This document shows, piece after piece, positions 6,631 through 10,665 of a stretch of 10,665 nt of DNA. The notes under the pieces are model-generated. The model ran no database searches and was not told the DNA's origin. It was given only the letters and a program-made list of their open reading frames with translations. The stretch is from assembly GCA_041571435.1 (NCBI GenBank), contig JBFFUI010000052.1, positions 1 through 10,665 of the forward strand, written 5' to 3'. Source of the DNA: Sulfurimonadaceae bacterium (GTDB lineage: Bacteria > Campylobacterota > Campylobacteria > Campylobacterales > Sulfurimonadaceae). The position numbers and the translations under genes are program-made. Position 1 is the first letter of the stretch. Every line of letters begins with the position of its first letter.

Positions 6631-7749
6631 ATGTTACTTTTTACTCCAGGACCAACCCCTGTTCCAGAATTTGCCCGTGTCGCGATGGCAGGAGAGACAC
6701 TTCACCACCGTACACCTGAATTTGAGGCGATCTTTGCCGATGCACGTGCGCTGCTTTTCAAGTTGTTTAAAACGGATGAGGTGATCATGCTCGCCTCTTC
6801 GGGTACCGGTGCGATGGAAGCGGCGGTGACGAACCTCTGTCACGATACACTTTTGAGTATCAACTCGGGCAAGTTCGGTGAGCGTTTCGGCAAGATTGCC
6901 GTTGCAAGCGGACTTAAGAATATCGAGATCAAAAACGAGTGGGACACACCGGCAACGGTCGAGGAGGTGGTGACGGCGCTGCAGGCCAACCCGCATATTG
7001 ATGCGCTGACCATTCAGGTCTCCGAGTCTGCGGGCGGACTTCGTCACAACGTTGAAGAGATCGCAGCAGCGGCTAAAGCGATCAACCCCGCTATCATGGT
7101 GATCGCTGACGGTATTACGGCAGTCGGCGTTGAGCGCATCGATGTGACCAATATCGACTGCCTTATCGCGGGAAGCCAAAAAGCGTTGATGCTGCCGCCC
7201 GGTCTTGCAATCCTTGGTCTGAGCAGTGCAGCTCTCGAAAAAGTGGGCAAAGGTAAAGGGTACTACCTGAACCTGGCTTCCGAGATCAAGAAGCAGTCGC
7301 AGAACACGACGGCCTATACCGCGGCCACAACACTGATCATCGGTCTTCGTGCCGTTCTTCAGCATGTCGAAGACAACGGCGGTCTGGATGCGCTGTATGA
7401 TGACACGGCACGCCGTGCAGAAGCGGTTCTGGCTGCAATGCAGGCGCTCGGGCTTCATGTCTATCCAAGTGCTCCGGCACGTTCGATGACCACGATCGAT
7501 GACGAAGACGCTTCAGAGATTCGCAACCTGCTGAAAAACGAGTTCGGCGTGAATGTCGCCGGTGGACAGGATCATCTTAAAGGAAAGATCTTCCGGATCA
7601 ACCAGATGGGCCTGATCGAGCCGTATGAGATCGTCTGGGTGGTCAATGCCGTCGAACTTGCACTTAAAAAACTTGGCCGTCGTGAATTTGACGGAACGGC
7701 TAGCCGGGTCTTTAACGAGACCTATTTTAAAACAATGCTAGAGAAATAG
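6631..7749 (+). CDS. Class V PLP-dependent aminotransferase (alanine-glyoxylate / serine-pyruvate / phosphoserine family)
   Basis: LLFTPGPTP, HHRTPEF, SSGTGAMEAA, GKFGERF, GSQKALMLPPGL (PLP Lys), AGGQDHLKGKIFRI. Start at ATG 6631 after AAAGGA. Confidence 0.93.
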   Translation: MLLFTPGPTPVPEFARVAMAGETLHHRTPEFEAIFADARALLFKLFKTDEVIMLASSGTGAMEAAVTNLCHDTLLSINSGKFGERFGKIAVASGLKNIEIKNEWDTPATVEEVVTALQANPHIDALTIQVSESAGGLRHNVEEIAAAAKAINPAIMVIADGITAVGVERIDVTNIDCLIAGSQKALMLPPGLAILGLSSAALEKVGKGKGYYLNLASEIKKQSQNTTAYTAATTLIIGLRAVLQHVEDNGGLDALYDDTARRAEAVLAAMQALGLHVYPSAPARSMTTIDDEDASEIRNLLKNEFGVNVAGGQDHLKGKIFRINQMGLIEPYEIVWVVNAVELALKKLGRREFDGTASRVFNETYFKTMLEK

Positions 7750-7757
7750 AGACAATA

Positions 7758-8600
7758 ATGATATTTGAACACGAAATACCGGAGGGTTCCAAGCTCTACT
7801 TCGGCGATTCCGCAAAACGTAAACGCGAGATCGAGCAAGTTGCCAGCGAAGTGCTTTATAGTGACGATTTTGAAGAGATCGTAACACCGCTCTTCTCCTA
7901 CCACCAGGATGACTCTATCGCAGACGTCAAAGAGCTGGTGCGTATAAACGATACCAAAAACAATAAGATGAGCCTGCGCGCGGACTCGACGATCGATGTC
8001 GTCCGTATCATCACCAAACGCCTCGGCCGCAACACGACACACCGTAAATGGTTCTACATTCAGCCGATCTACCGCTACCCTTCAACAGAGCAGTACCAGG
8101 TGGGCGCTGAAGTGATCGGAGAGTCTGACCTGAGTGTTGCACTTAACCAGGCGATGGAGATATTTAAACGTCTGGAAGTCGAGCCGCTGTTGCAGATCTC
8201 AAACATTGCGATCCCGAAAAAACTGTCAAAATTGCTCGATATCGAGTTGGATGATTTCCGTCATATCAATATTCAGAAGTTTTTGGCACTCGACATCGAG
8301 TGGTTGACAAAACTGGTCTACCTGCAGCATCCCGAAGATGTGGATGCTGTTATCGAGATCGTGCCTGAGGAGATCAAGGAAGAGCTTCTCAAAATGAAAG
8401 AGATGTGCGCAAAGATCGCCTATAAAAACAAAGTGATCGCACCGCTCTATTATGCAAAGATGCTCTATTACGACGAGCTCTTTTTCAGAGTAATCGAAGG
8501 CAACGCGATCCACGCACGCGGCGGACGTTACGTCAATGATGATGTGACATCAGTAGGTTTCGCCATCTACACCGACACACTAATCGAAGCAAACAAGTAA
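7758..8600 (+). CDS. hisZ: ATP phosphoribosyltransferase regulatory subunit
   Basis: HisRS-like motifs EIPEG, EEIVTP, LRADST, E.YQVGAE, GGRY, VGFAIY; lies directly upstream of purA, a common arrangement. Confidence 0.88.
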   Translation: MIFEHEIPEGSKLYFGDSAKRKREIEQVASEVLYSDDFEEIVTPLFSYHQDDSIADVKELVRINDTKNNKMSLRADSTIDVVRIITKRLGRNTTHRKWFYIQPIYRYPSTEQYQVGAEVIGESDLSVALNQAMEIFKRLEVEPLLQISNIAIPKKLSKLLDIELDDFRHINIQKFLALDIEWLTKLVYLQHPEDVDAVIEIVPEEIKEELLKMKEMCAKIAYKNKVIAPLYYAKMLYYDELFFRVIEGNAIHARGGRYVNDDVTSVGFAIYTDTLIEANK

Positions 8601-8612
8601 GGAATAGACAAT

Positions 8613-9869
8613 ATGAGTACAAAAGCAGATTTGATCGTAGGGATACAATGGGGTGACGAAGGCAAGGGGAAGATCGTTGATGCCCTCGCATGCAAATATG
8701 ACATGGTGTGCCGAAGTCAAGGTGGTCATAATGCTGGCCATACGATCTGGGTAGACGGTGTCAAATATGCACTTCACCTTATCCCATCGGGTGTTCTTAA
8801 CCCTGATGCTATCAACGTTGTCGGCAACGGTGTTGTCCTCTCTCCGGAGTCGATCATCAAAGAGATGGAACAGTTTGACGGGCTGGAAGGTCGTCTCTAT
8901 ATTTCTGACAAAGCACACCTGAACCTCGGTTACCATGCACTGATCGACCAGGCAAAAGAGCGTCTAAAAGGTGACAAAGCGATCGGTACGACCGGAAAAG
9001 GTATCGGGCCGGCATATTCGGACAAGATCAACCGTACCGGCTTCAGAGTCGGTGAACTACTGGATCCTGCCAAACTATGCCAAGGTATTTTGGACTATTT
9101 TGAGCAGAACCGTGCGATCTTTGATGTCCTTGAGATCGCTACACCAAAAGAGAGTGAACTGCTGGCAGAGCTTGAAGGGTACAAAGCGAAGCTGGCACCG
9201 TTTATCACTGACACGACGCAGATGGTCTGGAAAGCACTCGATGAAGATAACAAGAAAGTACTGCTTGAAGGTGCACAGGGAACACTGCTTGACATCGATC
9301 ACGGCACCTACCCGTATGTCACATCATCATCGACAGTCAGTGCCGGTGCCTGTACGGGTCTGGGTATCAACCCAAAAGATATCGGCAAGGTGATCGGAAT
9401 CGTCAAAGCGTACTGTACCCGTGTCGGTAACGGTCCGTTCCCGAGTGAGGATTTCGGTGAAGACGGTAAACGTCTCGGCGAACAGGGGCATGAGTTCGGA
9501 ACGACAACGGGACGTGCGCGTCGATGCGGTTGGTTTGATGCTGTTGCGACGCGACACGCTTGCCGACTGAATGGTGTAGATGAGCTCGCCTTGATGAAAC
9601 TGGATGTCCTTGACGGCTTTGATGAAGTGAAGGTCTGTGTTGCCTATAGCTACAACGGTGAAGAGATCAACTACATGCCGGCAGACCTGGAAAATGTCAC
9701 GCCGGTCTATAAAACATTCAAAGGGTGGACAGGCTCTGTCGGTGTACGCGAGTTTGATAAACTTCCGCAGGATGCACAGGACTTTGTCAAGACGATCGAA
9801 GAGATCAGCAAGACAAAAGTCGGCATCATCTCGACATCACCTGAACGCGAAGACACGATCCACATGTAA
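8613..9869 (+). CDS. purA: Adenylosuccinate synthetase
   Basis: [64 protein letters not shown]. Confidence 0.99.
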   Translation: MSTKADLIVGIQWGDEGKGKIVDALACKYDMVCRSQGGHNAGHTIWVDGVKYALHLIPSGVLNPDAINVVGNGVVLSPESIIKEMEQFDGLEGRLYISDKAHLNLGYHALIDQAKERLKGDKAIGTTGKGIGPAYSDKINRTGFRVGELLDPAKLCQGILDYFEQNRAIFDVLEIATPKESELLAELEGYKAKLAPFITDTTQMVWKALDEDNKKVLLEGAQGTLLDIDHGTYPYVTSSSTVSAGACTGLGINPKDIGKVIGIVKAYCTRVGNGPFPSEDFGEDGKRLGEQGHEFGTTTGRARRCGWFDAVATRHACRLNGVDELALMKLDVLDGFDEVKVCVAYSYNGEEINYMPADLENVTPVYKTFKGWTGSVGVREFDKLPQDAQDFVKTIEEISKTKVGIISTSPEREDTIHM

Positions 9870-10086
9870 AGAGAGCTTCAGTACCGTCTGTACCGGAGTT
9901 CACCTTCTTCTACTCTGTTAAAACAGACGAGTGCACGAAGCACTCTCTCCTCGAAACCTGACGTTTGCAATTCAACCATTTTAAATGGTAATGCCGTTAT
10001 TATTACAATGTCTAGCTTTTTACTTTTACCTCTTTGTAACCAAAATTACAGTATTATCCAAAAAAAATTACACTTAGGGTCTTCGT

Positions 10087-10638
10087 ATGAAAGTAACACT
10101 CTCACATGTACCACGTATTGCTAGCAGAATCGCTATTGAACTTAACAAGAGCGGCCTAGTCACGATGACTAAAGGCCTTGAACCGGTCGCTAAAGAGGCT
10201 GAAAAGATCTTTGTAGAGAGTGTAAAAAAAGAGCAGGAGCTCGAAGAGCGTGTCAACGAGATGCTTGATGATAACGAAGATGATATTGAGGAGATGCTGG
10301 CGGACGAGCGTCAACTATTCTTTATGATCAAAAAGAAGCTGGCTCCGGAATATGGCGTCATCCTTTCGTATGAGGACCGCTACTCCGATATTGCACACAA
10401 AATCCTTGACGAGCTCTATGAAGAGGATTTGATCCATTTTGATGTCACGGAGAACCGTATCAAGAACATCATCTATAATGCGATCACGGGTTATATCGCA
10501 AGTAATGATGAGATCGATGATGCCGTCATGGAGAAGATCCGTTCGTATAAACGCCGCATTATCCCGGGTACGGAAGAGTTCGACATCATCCATGAAAAAC
10601 TTTACAACGAAGAGCTGCAAAAGAGAGGACTTGCCTAA
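10087..10638 (+). CDS. DUF507 family protein
   Basis: Acidic helical 183-aa protein with LFFMIKKKLA and IIPGTEEFDIIHEKLY.EEL.KRG, as recalled for DUF507 proteins preceding carA in Campylobacterota. Confidence 0.85.
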   Translation: MKVTLSHVPRIASRIAIELNKSGLVTMTKGLEPVAKEAEKIFVESVKKEQELEERVNEMLDDNEDDIEEMLADERQLFFMIKKKLAPEYGVILSYEDRYSDIAHKILDELYEEDLIHFDVTENRIKNIIYNAITGYIASNDEIDDAVMEKIRSYKRRIIPGTEEFDIIHEKLYNEELQKRGLA

Positions 10639-10665
10639 TGAACACTGTTTGGATCTACCTTGAAA
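10638..10665 (+). CDS. carA: 5' end of a CDS, probably carbamoyl-phosphate synthase small subunit (partial)
   Basis: ATG overlaps the DUF507 stop (TAATG), GAGGA RBS upstream. MNTVWIYLE resembles CarA N-termini, and the gene order fits. Only 9 codons are visible. Confidence 0.65.

Noticed and set aside
6634-7458. 274-aa antisense ORF and other short overlapping ORFs in the track
   Set aside because: They are shadows of well-supported genes and have no motifs or translation signals.

Overview
Chromosomal window whose proteins and gene order (MFS / rdgB, uppP / class-V aminotransferase-hisZ-purA, DUF507-carA) suggest Campylobacterota, probably Sulfurimonas- or Sulfurovum-like (inferred). It is mostly housekeeping, except for the unit at about 2310-4098. 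There a promoter and a structured ~190-nt leader with retron msr-msd hallmarks (a1/a2-like inverted repeat, candidate branch G in an AGC context, stem-loops) precede a 527-aa protein. That protein has a compact retron-type reverse transcriptase (NALKH, YADD, ITG) fused to a long charged linker, one transmembrane helix and a C-terminal PEGA-like domain. I do not recognise this membrane-anchored RT architecture among described retron types. The leader also has a duplicated 3' module and a competing long hairpin next to the RBS, so it may switch between folds. Also present: a SAM methyltransferase, an exported rhodanese, a rubredoxin missed by the ORF track, and a hairpin cluster at 80-197. All structures were found by eye, not computed.
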